Shown here piece after piece: positions 12,770-25,567 of a stretch of 64,000 bases of DNA. The stretch lies in contig NC_068999.1 of the NCBI RefSeq assembly GCF_001194135.2, positions 23,523,330 through 23,587,329 of the forward strand. Reading direction: 5' to 3'. Position 1 is the stretch's first letter, and each line of letters opens with the position of its first letter. A model generated the notes under the pieces. It worked only from the letters and a program-made list of their open reading frames with translations, had not been told where the DNA came from and made no database searches. The position numbers were made by a program, and so were the translations under genes. The stretch comes from Octopus bimaculoides. Lineage: Eukaryota.

Positions 12770-14340
12770 AAGATTAGTATTCAGGCAGTGTTACATATCC
12801 CAGGGCCAAAATAATTACAGGTATAAACCTGAACTTGCAATCTGGATAGAGTAACTGCAAATTTCTCAATAGTTCAACGTAGGTATTCTCTTTTTCATTG
12901 ATCTTCAGCTTTATGTTAACATCCACTGGACAGCTGATTTCCACAACTGTACAGAGATTCTCTTCTCTATACCAAATCATTATTATCTGATTTATTGTCT
13001 TTACATTTTATTGAGGTTTTCTCTGGGACATTCCACCAGTGTTCCTTTTTATTATGAGTGGCTATGGCTTTTCCATACTGTGGGCTCTAATTTGTTTGTC
13101 CTTTGGGGTTATCCTTCCAACAGATCTCATTATATAATATCCTAACTACAACATCATATCCCATCGGTAGATAATGCTGTGATGACATAATTTTTGGATA
13201 ACTGCTTATGATGTGGATATCTTCAGTGTTAACTCTACAATGTCTGCATTGGTTATCACATTTTACTACATTTTACTGCATTGGTTGTTACATTTACTGC
13301 ATCTCTGTCCTTTTTGTGCATCAGGTATTTGGTTGATATTTCCTGTTCCTGGATTGTAAATGCATACTCTTCAAAGTGGGAGGTAGTAATCCAGTTGCTG
13401 GTTCATGATAGACTGCTTTGATGATCAATGTTACTATCATCTTGGAGCTTTCTATTAACATATCCATGTATTTTCTTCTGTTCATATATGCTCAGCCTTT
13501 CATCTGATGATATGTTGCAGTAGGGTCATGACTTTTTTGGGCATGTATTTAAGTTTATCCGACAAGGAATGTATGCAACTTGGTCAAGGGCTGCACTTCG
13601 ATGCTTGGTGATTAAAAGATGTTGCTGAAGGGGTATGATACAACATTCAAAGGCATTTTGGATCAATATTAAGCCTCTGCCGCCTTGTTTATATTTTAAG
13701 TAGAGGCAATCTACATCACTGTTAATGTGGAAATTATGTGTGCTTGCTTGTATCTTCCAGGTTTTTACATCAATAGCTCAGATCTCAAGTATCCAATGAA
13801 GCAACCCAAATTTTGGTNNNNNNNNNNNNNNNNNNNNNNNNNNNNNNNNNNNNNNNNNNNNNNNNNNNNNNNNNNNNNNNNNNNNNNNNNNNNNNNNNNN
13901 NNNNNNNNNNNNNNNNNNNNNNNNNNNNNNNNNNNNNNNNNNNNNNNNNNNNNNNNNNNNNNNNNNNNNNNNNNNNNNNNNNNNNNNNNNNNNNNNNNNN
14001 NNNNNNNNNNNNNNNNNNNNNNNNNNNNNNNNNNNNNNNNNNNNNNNNNNATCTACATCACTGTTAATGTGGAAATTATGTGTGCTTGCTTGTATCTTCC
14101 AGGTTTTTACATCAATAGCTCAGATCTCAAGTATCCAATGAAGCAACCCAAATTTTGGTATGAGTACTTGCACTGCAAACACATTGTAGGCCACTGTTTT
14201 ATTGAAAGCAGAGAGTTCTGAGGTCCAAATTTTCTTTAATTGTCTGTAATATTCCTTAGTGACACGTGTTTTATTACAGGTACCATTGTAAGATATGTTT
14301 TCATCCACCCCTAGATACCTGAACATTCCTCATCTGACAT
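12770..14340 (-). mobile_element. R4/Dong-like RLE LINE 3' portion (RT thumb and restriction-like endonuclease), spanning a gap
   Basis: FRYLGVDENISYNG..KEYYRQLKKIWTSELSAFNK and VVEISCPVDVNIKLKINEKENTYVELLRNLQLLYP..IPVIILALG. Confidence 0.85.
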
Positions 14341-14724
14341 AGAGGAAACAGTTAATTCATTGATGGAGATGTTGCTAGTCTGGTTTACAGTTTTCCCTCT
14401 TTTCACAACCATATGTATGTGTGCATGTATGTACCATCCTGGCAATATAGGAAATGTTAAAGCTTTCCATTATTATCAATATCATTAGGGCAGCGAGCTG
14501 GAACAATTGTTAGCATTCCAGGTGAAATGCTTAGCAGTATTTCGTCTGCTGCTGTGTTCTCAGTTCAAATGCTGCCAAGGTCGACTTTGCCTTTCATCCT
14601 TTCAGGATTGATAAATTAAGTAACAGTTGAGTATTGGGGTCGATGTAACCGACTATCCCCCTCCCCCAAATTTCAGGCCTTGTGCCTATAGTAGAAAGGA
14701 TTATTATCATCATCATCATTTTCG

Positions 14725-14729
<5 letters not shown>

Positions 14730-14764
<35 letters not shown>

Positions 14765-15010
14765 TTAGTGTCTGCTTTCCATCCTGGCATGGGTTAGACA
14801 CTTTGACTGAAACTAGTAAGCTGGAGAGCTGCACCAGGTTTCAGTCTGATTTGGTATGGTTTTTATGGCTGGATGCCCTTCCTAATACCAACCACTCCAA
14901 AAGTGTAATGGGTGATTTTTTTGTGCCACCAGCACAGGTGCCTGTTATGTAACACCGGCATCAGCCACAACTATGATTTCATTTGGCTTGATGAGTCTTT
15001 TCAAGTATGG
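14730..15010 (-). mobile_element. (GAT)n-tailed SINE with AGGAAGGGCATCCAGC core (Meta-domain/RTE-tail-like), family C
   Basis: Other copies at about 24290, 29925, 41920, 42520, 45120, 52740, 53690, 57845, 61500 and 62660. Shared GGATGCCCTTCCTAA motif and (CAT)n/(GAT)n tail. The family name is tentative. Confidence 0.75.
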
Positions 15011-15399
15011 CATATCACCAAAGGTCTCAGTCACTTATCTCAAAACATAATTAATCTGTTGAGAACATAAGCAGTCAGAACAAAAGTCTTCATAAATATA
15101 TGAAGATTGAAAAAACTGGAAAAAATTCATTCCAGTATGGTTGTATTTGTTCATGCCAGTTTACAAGAAGATGTGGTCTGCTACATTTAATATATTTTCT
15201 ATTCACCATTTTAATATATTTTCTAGTATATTTTCTATTTTAATATATTTTAATCATTTTTCATCTCCACAACAGTAATATCAAGCAAATTTAAATAAAA
15301 GAAACTTTCTTCAACTGGACTAGCTGTTGGACAAATACTTCAGGAACATCAAGAGCCATCTAGATACAGTGGGCAATGTACTTCATCTAAAAAGAAGTC

Positions 15400-15810
15400 A
15401 CAGGCGTCAGTTCCTTCAAACAATATTCAGAATGATATAATCAAATCTTTGACTATTTATCTAAGAAAATCAATATTAAATGAAATCAAGACAGTGACAA
15501 TATATTAATTTTTAATGAGTGTATCTACAGATGTTTGCCCGCTCTGAATAGGCTGTGTTTGCTATATGTGTATGCTGTGTTTCAGATAATAAAATCAAAG
15601 AATATTTCATTGAAAATATGTGATGTAGATATCTACAGCTGTCTTTTAGGGAAATAAATGGCTTACAGATAGTAAGCTTAAGGGATCAGAGTTATGATAG
15701 AGCTGCTAACATGAGAAGATCGTATAAAAGCCTCAGTCAAGAATTATTCTTTGCAATGAACAAGTGTTATAAATTCGCTGTGCACAATACTTGAAACTCA
15801 TTCTTGTAGA
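15400..15810 (+). mobile_element. hAT-family transposase fragment (ZMYM1/DUF4371-like), decayed
   Basis: NNIQNDIIK and RDQSYDRAANMRR resemble the hAT GQxYDGAxNMxG motif. Confidence 0.55.
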
Positions 15811-15879
15811 AAGTATATAAAGATTACCAAAAGGTAATCTTTATATTCAACTTCCATCACAAATATTTAATTTTTAGTA

Positions 15880-17390
15880 AGCCTGTTAGCTATTTGAAAA
15901 TATGCTGAAATTCCATATATTATAATAGCAAGATCTGGCAGGCGTAAGCTGACCAGTGCTTCCCACTAAGAAGGTCCAATGGATCAAAATCATGTGATAT
16001 GGGAGTTCTGGTGCCCATGACAGATGAATTTTGTCTGCTATGATCTTTATGTTTGCCTTATCCTTGAAAGATCCTCTCACTTAAGTACTTGGTGCAATTT
16101 CCCATGTATCTGTAGACTTCATTGTTCCTATGCATCTTCCACACATGAACACTACATTCTTTGTTATCCTTCCTGTGATTCCACTGCACCTCTTGTGTGT
16201 CCATAACTTGCACTGGGTATGCCAAATGAAACTTCAGCCTTCACCTTGCCTACATATTGAGTTGGGCCATTTTGTTGCTTACTAGGACCTTGGTCTTTGC
16301 TATGTTAACTTTAAGGATCTTCAATTCCAGGTTTTGCCTTCACACCTGGAACTTTTTTTCTAGTTCTGTTACAGATTCTGCTATGAGAGCAAAATCATCA
16401 ACATATTGTAGTTACCATGAGCATCCAGTCTTAAATTCCTCTGTTATGGCCTGGAGGATGATGATGAATTGAAGGGGGCTCAGAACTGAGCTTTGGTGAA
16501 CACATTTCTGTATAGTAAATTCATCACTCTATTCATGGTTAACTCTCATCTAACTAAAAGCACCCCTACAGATGACCTGTACCACTTTTACAAGCCATAT
16601 CACAGAGCAAGGTACTCTGTCAAAGGCATTCCTCAGAGCAACAAATGCCAATTACAATGGCTTATTCTTAGCTAAACACTTCTCTTACAGTTTCCTGACT
16701 AAGAAAATAGTGTCAGTAATGTTTCTCCCCAGCACAAAACCAAACTGCATTTCATCTAACCTAATAATTGACTATAACTCTCTCTATAACTTACATCACC
16801 TGGTTCAGCAATTTGATGTCTCTATAATTGCTTCTATCTAAGGCATCTGACTCACCTTTGAAGCAGCTGCTTAATTTGCTACTTCCCCAGTCACTAGGGA
16901 TTATGCCTTCCAGAATAACCTGGTTAACTATATGGGTAACTAGATTGTATTCTTCTCTACCAAATATTTTAAGCCTCTCAGCAATAGCTTCTGATGGAAG
17001 AGGAGCTTTCTCTGTCTTCATATCTTTAATTGCCTTATTTATCATACTTCTATCAAATAGGATAGCTGGTCCCTCTGTTGGGTTCACATGGTGGTGGGGA
17101 CATCCTTTCTCTCATTCATTCTCCACATTTAATAGTCTTTCATAGTAGCAAGCTCCTCTATGCCTTTTTCTTTTCAGAATCACTATGTGCAAGCATACAA
17201 TTATCCATCAATACACACTTCTCTCCCACATCTCAATTCTCACTGACACTCTATCTAGCAAGCTGGAACACCTCAAGTCTCTGATCCACACACTGTAAGA
17301 CATGGGCAAACCTCTTCTTTTCTGCTTCTTCCCTTGCTAGATAAACCTGCTTCCTAGCTTACCTGATATGCTTTTTGCTACTGTCATCAG
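15880..17390 (-). mobile_element. RTE (BovB-like) LINE RT fragment
   Basis: INKAIKDMKTEKAP..EGIIPSDW..FKGESDALDRSNYRDIKLLNQVM, plus decayed VHQSSVLSP and YVDDFAL blocks. Confidence 0.88.
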
Positions 17391-19559
17391 AAAACGAAAA
17401 TATATTTATATATTTTCTAGTTTGCTACATCATTTTACATAAGCTAGTCATTTGTACTCAGTCAAATCACCACTGCCTACATGCAATCAAGTATTTGGGC
17501 AATGCATGAAACAGTGCTTACACCATATGGTTCTAATTAATAAGCAGTTTAAGATGTATTTGATTTATTATTCAATGCTTTGATGGTTTTTTGTTGTTTT
17601 TACTCTTTCAAAATTTTAACTAATTATGGTGTAAGAATCTTCCATTCATCTGAATACTTTTTTTTTTACTGAAATATCTTGATTATTCTTCGTTTAAATA
17701 ATTAATTATGGAGCACTTATATAATTAATTAATAGGACTTATTAATACCCTAAATCTTTTATTGGTTACTCTATATTTGTTTATTTTTACCTAATTATGT
17801 TGTATGGGTCTTTGAATAATTTTAACACTTATAGTTTATTTTTAACTATATTAAATATTAATTAGGCAAACTATACCTCATGTAAACTATTTGATTTTGA
17901 AATTCTAATATTCAGTTTTTTGTATAGTCACAAGGCCTGAAATTTTGGAGGCTGAAGATAGTCGATTACATCAACCCTAATGCTGAACTGGTACTTATTT
18001 TATTGACCCTGAGAGGATGAAAAGCAAAGTCAACCTCATCAGTATTTGAACTTAAAACATAAAGACAGGCCAAATGCCATTAAGCATTTCACCTGGCATG
18101 CTAACAATTCTGCCGACTCACCAATGAATTCAATATCGACAGTAGAAACACTTGCGACTTTTTCCCATTATTTCTGTTTGATTACCAAAAACATACTTAA
18201 TATCTTTAAATGAAGTAAGTGGTGTTGTACTGAATAATGCACATAAAACATTTTTAATGAAGAGAAATTTCCGTTTTATTGGCGAAAGAAAACAAAAATT
18301 AGTTTTGGTTGTTAGCATCTTACAAAACAGAGGAGAGATAAGTTCAAAATATTGGTTTCTAATTCTGCCACAAGGCCAGCATGTTTGGGGGAGGGAGTAA
18401 GTTGATTATATCAACCTTGGCGTTCAACTGGGACTTATTTTATTGACTCTGAATGGATGAAAAGTAAAGTCGATGTCGGCAGAATTTGAACTCAGGGTAG
18501 TAAAGACAGATGAAAGGCTACTAAGCATTTTGCTTTGTGTGCCAATGATTCTACCGCTTGCTGCTTTAGATAATTTCAAAATATTAAGAATTAATTTTAA
18601 GATATACCATTCTCATATTTAAGGGAAAATCTGATTTTTTTCAGTCAGTTAATGACAACAATGGACATGTTTCAGTATTATTAGATCTTATCAGCAAAGC
18701 ATAGTTAGCATGAACCTGTTTGATCAAAAGACAGAAGTTTTATGTTTTGGGATTTTTTTTTTTTAATAGAATAAAATTTCTGAAAATTTTGGACCAATAG
18801 TAGTTTGTATAAGATTAAACTAGTGAAAGTAACATTTACAAAGCTCATGGCATCAATTAAAATAAATCAAGTTGAAGTTGATGTACAAAATGACGTACCC
18901 AAAATATTCTGAATAATTTGAATAACTAATACTTTTCCTCTTCAAAATCTAGTGGCAAGCATTAATTTCTTTGTTTTCAAAATATGTAGAGTTGGCATAA
19001 AGTCTAAGAGGATTTCCTTTATTTCTAATTTAACAAATTATCTTAAGATTAAGATAATCTACTAAATTAGTTTTTCTTCCTAACAGGCAATCTTGTAATG
19101 TCAATTTGTATCAATGATGATTGAATCAAATTACATCTTCATAGGGAATATTACTTACAGTTGCTAAGTATTCACTTATGAAATAGTATCTTGGATTAAA
19201 CAGATCTTACCTCCAGCTTACGAGTTAGCTAAGATGAAATAAGGATTATTGTAAATATAGACACTGACACAAAGTCCAGGATGAAAGATCGATTAAAGTT
19301 TCTTTTTATAATTACGTTGTTTCTTTTGAGAATATGTAAGTGCCAGGTGAGATTGTTATTATGTATATATCTATGATCCATTTTAAAGAAAAAATCTGCA
19401 TGCGCAAGTATTTTCACATGTGCATATAGATTGATGTCAGCTGGTGTAATCTGTATGTGTGTATATGTGTCTGTGGATGTGTCATCAGCTCATACAATTT
19501 TACTAATCTTTGCTGACATGTAAAGATTCATGTTGAATGTTATTTATGTTTCTTACAAG

Positions 19560-19620
19560 ACAGTCAACCTTGGATCTAGAAAGTGGGTGAAGAGAATAGG
19601 AAATTATGACATCTATACCA
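19560..19620 (+). CDS. Candidate exon of gene A (61 nt, phase 0-1; TVNLGSRKWVKRIGNYDIYT)
   Basis: Strong acceptor ttatttatgtttcttacaag, donor CCA|gtgaat, phase-compatible on both sides. Confidence 0.4.
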
Positions 19621-19788
19621 GTGAATATGTGTTGAGAAAAAATTATGTGTGTATTGGATGATGTATTATCTTGATATAAATTTAATTAAATTTATAAGAT
19701 TGCAATTGATCAGACTCAGACTTAATTTTAATTGGGGAGAATATAAAAGAAATCTTGGAGAGGTGAAAATCCAAGTTATTTCCAATAG

Positions 19789-19820
19789 AATTTGAGCCTG
19801 AAACAACGCCGCCTGAATAG
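19789..19820 (+). CDS. Candidate terminal coding exon of gene A (phase 1; FEPETTPPE*)
   Basis: Acceptor gttatttccaatag and an in-frame TAG. Phase matches the preceding candidate exon. Confidence 0.35.
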
Positions 19821-21319
19821 AGACTGTGCAGTACATCTGAGGCTGGCAGTTTACTGTTTGGGCCATTTTCACTGCATTAATATTTCAAATATTGTTTTCA
19901 CTATTCCTGATTCCACAGTCATAAGAAACAATGCTTGTTTAGGATTTAGGCACAAGGTTAGCAATTTTGAGGGGAGGGGTTAATCACTTAAATCCATCTC
20001 AGTACTTGATGAGTGCTTTGTTTTATCAACCCAGGATGGGTGTCTAACAAACCTGACCTTGGAGAGATTTGAATTCAGACCTCTGAAAGAGCCAGAAAAA
20101 ATACCACAAGGCATTTAATATAATGATTCAGCTTGTTCACCACTTTTCAGCATTCTGTAATAATAATTCTTTCTACTGTCGACAAAAGCCTGAAATTGTG
20201 TGGGAATGGAGCAGATAGTCAATTACATCAACCCCAGTGCTCAACTGGTGCTTATTTTATTGACTCTGAAAGAATTAAAGGTTAAAGGCAAAGTCAACCT
20301 CAGCAGGATTTGAACTCAAAACATCAAGCTAGAAGAAATGCCACTGAGCATTTTGTCTGCTGCACAAAAGATTCTGCCAGCTTGCTACTGTAATAACAAC
20401 CTTTTCTACTATAGCTGTAAGGCCTGTTGCCATTGCAATAATAGTAATTTCAAATTTCGTCACAAGGCCAGCAATTTCGGGGTGGGGGTGAGTTGATTAC
20501 ATCAACCCCAGTACTCAACTGGTACTCATTTTATCAACCTTGAAAGTACGAAAGGCAAAGTCGACCTTGGCAGAATTTGAACTCAGAATGTGAAGATGGA
20601 TGAAATGCCACTAAGCATTTCACCCAGCATGCTAACAATTCTGTCTTCTCACCATCTTTGCCACTATAATAATAATGATTGATGTTCTAGTGTGATGGAC
20701 ACTGTTGAGATTCAGGCTTAATACTATAATTAGTTCAGTACCTATGGCTGGCTTCTACATGTTATCATTAAGACCCTACGTATTTTGGATAAGTTAGCAG
20801 ATTAATTTGTGACTTAGTAATACTTTCTGACCCACAACAAAATCAGCCTTAGATATTCTTTTGTATTGAATATCCAGTATTGATTTAAAAACAATAGATC
20901 TTGCTAGTGGGTGGCAAGATCTACTCATAATCTTCAGACCATTTAGATATCATTAAGAGTGGTATTGAGACACTCAGATTAGGTTTCATGATGGAAATTC
21001 ACAGACACTGAGCTTTTACTGGAAATGATCACAGAGAGCAAATGTTACAAAACCATAAATTTATTAAGTATTTAAAATAAATACACCATCAATGTTTTTG
21101 AGATATTTTTATTTATCAATTCTTCTTTGCAACCCCAATACCCTCACTAAACTTAAAATTTTCTTTGAGCCCCAATTCACTTTAATTAACCCTAACTGCA
21201 TGTCCTTCCTTAATTTTTATTCAGATCTCATTCATTCTCAATATATGTTCAAAATATCATAAATATTAACCTCCTGAATAACATCTAATCACTTCTTCAC
21301 TTTAGTTGCATCTAGCTTA

Positions 21320-21632
21320 TTATTATTGTTATTATTATTATCATTATTATTATTCAGTAGTTTTATTTTTATAACGTGCTTTCACTTCACTACCGAGCGC
21401 AGCTCTGTGTGCCTTGTGTATGTGCTGTGGTTTGCTGTGATGCTCTTATGGTTACTGTATTAAAAGTGTTTTGCGTAGGATGTGTGCAGTGCCCAGTAGT
21501 GCAATTTTCTGTATGTTATATATATTTATAAGTCCTGATGTTTTTGTTATGTATTTGTCTAAATATTTTTTTATTATACCTAAGGCACCTACTATGATAG
21601 GAATTGTTTCTGTTTTTAGATTCCACATTCAA
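21320..21632 (-). mobile_element. 3' end of an RLE-type (R4/Dong-like) LINE with (AAT)n tail
   Basis: Minus strand MWNLKTETIPIIVGALGIIKKYLDKYITKTSGLINIYNIQKIALLGTAHILR followed by an (AAT)n tail. Truncated by a gap. Confidence 0.8.
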
Positions 21633-22264
21633 NNNNNNNNNNNNNNNNNNNNNNNNNNNNNNNNNNNNNNNNNNNNNNNNNNNNNNNNNNNNNNNNNNNN
21701 NNNNNNNNNNNNNNNNNNNNNNNNNNNNNNNNNNNNNNNNNNNNNNNNNNNNNNNNNNNNNNNNNNNNNNNNNNNNNNNNNNNNNNNNNNNNNNNNNNNN
21801 NNNNNNNNNNNNNNNNNNNNNNNNNNNNNNNNNNNNNNNNNNNNNNNNNNNNNNNNNNNNNNNNNNNNNNNNNNNNNNNNNNNNNNNNNNNNNNNNNNNN
21901 NNNNNNNNNNNNNNNNNNNNNNNNNNNNNNNNNNNNNNNNNNNNNNNNNNNNNNNNNNNNNNNNNNNNNNNNNNNNNNNNNNNNNNNNNNNNNNNNNNNN
22001 NNNNNNNNNNNNNNNNNNNNNNNNNNNNNNNNNNNNNNNNNNNNNNNNNNNNNNNNNNNNNNNNNNNNNNNNNNNNNNNNNNNNNNNNNNNNNNNNNNNN
22101 NNNNNNNNNNNNNNNNNNNNNNNNNNNNNNNNNNNNNNNNNNNNNNNNNNNNNNNNNNNNNNNNNNNNNNNNNNNNNNNNNNNNNNNNNNNNNNNNNNNN
22201 NNNNNNNNNNNNNNNNNNNNNNNNNNNNNNNNNNNNNNNNNNNNNNNNNNNNNNNNNNNNNNNN

Positions 22265-22319
<55 letters not shown>

Positions 22320-23144
22320 GGTAGCGAGCTGGCAGAATCGTTAGCACACCAAGCGAAATGCATAGCGGTATTTTGCCTGTTGCTACATTCTGAGTTCAAA
22401 TTCCACCAAGGTTGACTTTACCTTTCATCCTTTCAGGGTCGATAAATTGAGTACCAGTGAAACACTGGGGTCGATGTAATTGACTAGTCCCCTCCCCCCA
22501 AATTTCAGGCCTTGTGCCTATAGTAGAAAGGATTATTATTTATTATTATTATTAGTAGTAGTAGTAGTAGTAGGAGTAGTATCTCAAGATGAGGACAAAT
22601 ATCCGTCAATTGTAAATAATGTACATAATTACTCATATCTTAAATATAGAACTGTATTATCTCAGTTCAGTTAGGAAGCAATACTTCCAGGACCTGATGA
22701 AGTCGCTTAAAGGGATTAGATGTCTTTATTACATTTAGTAAGTGGAATACTTGCATTTTGGAATTATCAGACTCAGTTGGAAGTCTGCTTGTACCCATTT
22801 TACTTAGATAGTGTTATTAATCTATGAGATACCATTAGTATAATAAACAAAAGTAAAGTCAGTATTAAAAGCTAACAAGAAAATAATTACATTGTGAAGA
22901 AAAAAAAACACTATTTATCAATAACTAGTATTATTTAGATTATTTCAGCCAGTAAGGGAAACAGCTCTAGGCATGTTTTAGTCTTATTATTACCTCATAA
23001 TTATAAAAATAGTGTTACTGAGATTTTTTGTTTCTTTTTAAACAATTCTATTTTCCTACACCAACCAGTGTGTATTATTGAGTATTAATTGAAAGATTCT
23101 ATCATCACTACTTCAGTAGAAACAGTAAATGTAATGCTTCACTG

Positions 23145-23208
<64 letters not shown>

Positions 23209-23262
23209 AATTATTGTGTACAGTACTCAGGTGCAATATAACTTATCAAAGGTGCAAGTATA

Positions 23263-23389
23263 CAGGGGGTCCACAAAGTCTGGGTACATGGGGATTAACA
23301 CATACTTTAAGAAATGATTGTTTCTTATATTTAATTGTTTATGTTATGATTTTATTTACTCTGTGTACCCAGACCTTGTGGATACCCTG
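23263..23389. mobile_element. 127-bp Tc1/mariner-type MITE
   Basis: TA|CAGGGGGTCCACAAAGTCTGGGTACA ... TGTACCCAGACCTTGTGGATACCCTG|TA (23/26 TIR match, TA on both sides). Confidence 0.85.
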
Positions 23390-23479
23390 TAGTACATAGA
23401 ATTATGTACAAAAGTCAGAAAAGTAAACAGTGCATGATTCATGATATACATGCGTGCATGCGTATGGAGGTGGAGATAT

Positions 23480-23770
23480 TAAGTGTAGTGTTGGCGAATT
23501 TCAGAAAGCATGGAGGTTTCAGAGGATGCAATGTCTTGGCAGCTAACAACTGATGCAGGTAATTTGTTCCATGCTACAGCAACTCTGAGTGTGAAAAAAT
23601 ATTCCCGAAACTCATGGAAGCTGTGATGCTTTCTGACTTTGTAGGTATGCCCACATCCGTTAGACACATGGAATTCAGAAAGGTGCTTAAGGTTGTTGCT
23701 GGCACGATGGTTAATAATATTGTGGGTGTTTAACAAGTCAGTTGCTAGACATCGGAGCTTCATAATAACA
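23480..23770 (-). mobile_element. CR1/L2-type LINE 3' end
   Basis: GHTYKVRKHHS..REYFFTLRVAVAWNKLPASVV is the canonical CR1 C-terminal motif. Confidence 0.82.
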
Positions 23771-25359
23771 TCAAAACATATTTTCCTTACTTGCAGAAAC
23801 AAATAAAATATTATTTGTTATTGACTACCCTCATCACATAATTATTTCTAATTAACTGTTTAATCCTTCTTTCATGAGATATTTTACCACTAACTTTATA
23901 TGATTTGTTTCTAAAGATAATTCCAAGGAGGAAATGAAAATATAAAATTGCCTATGAAAAATAGGTAGGTTAATATGTTTAAATGAATAAGTGACAATTT
24001 AAAAACAGTAAATGTGGAGTGGAAGACACCACAATAGTGAAGGTGTGTTGGCGGTAGAGTCATCCAGGAAGATCAATATTATGATATTGAGGTTATATTA
24101 CTATATAAACACAACAAATTTAGATAAACAGCAATGCTGTCTTGTATATTACAGCCTTGGATCTATACTGATAATAAAGCAACTGTGGACTTTGAAAAAT
24201 TACAAAGTTACCAGAGATTATATTCAGATGTCGGTCCTTTAGGAATTTCTGGAAATGAATACAAGAAGACCTGTCCACCACAGCCGAATTGATGCCAGTG
24301 CTAGTGCCACATAAAAAGCACTTATGCTGGTGCCACATTAAAAGCACTGGTACTGGTACTACTTGAAAAGTACCCAGTACACTCTGTGGAGTGGTTGGTG
24401 TTAAAAAAGGCATCCAGTCAGAGAAATCAAGCCAGAACAGACAATGGAGCCTGATGTATCCCCTGGTCTTACTGGCTATGACCAAACTGCCCAATCCTTG
24501 CCAGCATGGAAAACAGATGTTAAATGATGATGATGATGATGATGATGATGACAAACACAAGTCTATGAGGCTACAAATGCTACAATGTTAACAGCTTTAA
24601 CTGTCTGCTTGGAACTTTAATCTGTATTGAAGACTGCAGACACATGGATTGTTTTATGATGGAATGTCAACACCTCCTTCTCAAGGAATTTTGATGTACA
24701 CCCCTTGATATTTTCATTGTACTAGTAAAAAATATAATGACAGTAGGCTGTATTAAGTTAATCTGAATTAAAAAAACAAAAGTGCACCTATATCGCAAAG
24801 ACTACAAAATGTTGAACTATCAGTTGAAAAAAATGTCATATCACATCTAATTTAGCAATATTCCAGTCAATTCAGGTTGAGAATGGTATACTAATCTCTA
24901 AATAGTCACCCCAGATGCTTAATACTTCAGTGACAAGTCCCAAGACAACTGACAGTATGCCAGAGAAAAGGATGGCATAATATTGGTTTCAAGTTTTGGC
25001 ATAAGGGAGAGGGTAAGTCAATTACATCGACCCCAGTGCTCAACTGATACTTATTTTATCAACCTTGAAAAGATGAAAGGCAAAATCAACCTTGACAGGA
25101 TTTGAACTCAGATTGCAAGGACAGATGAAATGCCACTAAGCATTTTGACCAACAAGCTAATGATTCTGCTAGCTGCCTTAAAAGAATGACATAATATTAT
25201 TGAAATGTTGTGCTTGAGAAAGTGCTTCTATTCCAACACATTAACTAAATATATTTATGCAACAATATATGTAAACAAATATTTTGTTTTTGGAAGTGTC
25301 AAATATGTATCATATCATACAGACAAGAAAATAGTATTTCAAACGTAGACTAGCCATAA

Positions 25360-25567
25360 AAACAACAGAAAGATTGGATATTTTAACCTTATATGATGAA
25401 AAAAGTTGTCAGCAGACAATTTGATGGAGACCGTTGTCAGCAGGCAGTTTATCTTAATGGTAGAGTAATCAGCTGGTATCTAAGGGGTGTGAGTTCATCT
25501 CTCACGGCTGTCTGCTGACAACATTTCCCATCTTTTAATGGTAAAATACCCAACCTTTCTGCTGTTT
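25360..25567. mobile_element. MITE-like element with about 58-bp imperfect terminal inverted repeats enclosing a tRNA-like module
   Basis: 25360-25418 is the imperfect reverse complement of 25509-25567. Confidence 0.6.
25443..25513 (+). pseudogene. tRNA-like cloverleaf (anticodon GGT, Thr-like), degenerate
   Basis: Acceptor stem GGCAGTT/GGCTGTC (3 G-U pairs), D-loop TAATGGTAGAG, 7-nt loop CTGGTAT, perfect T-arm GTGAG-TTCATCT-CTCAC. The anticodon stem is mismatched. Confidence 0.55.

Noticed and set aside
13709-14159. Identical 109-bp sequence on both sides of the N-gap (13709-13817 and 14051-14159)
   Set aside because: This is the typical signature of overlapping contig ends left unmerged, so probably not a biological duplication.
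19208-19227. Minus-strand 18-nt segment (LTRKLE) with a good acceptor and donor
   Set aside because: It is isolated, lies antisense within candidate gene A, and has no compatible neighbouring exon.
22690-22730. CTGATGA followed by a weak stem
   Set aside because: There is no GAAA and no stem I or III pairing.
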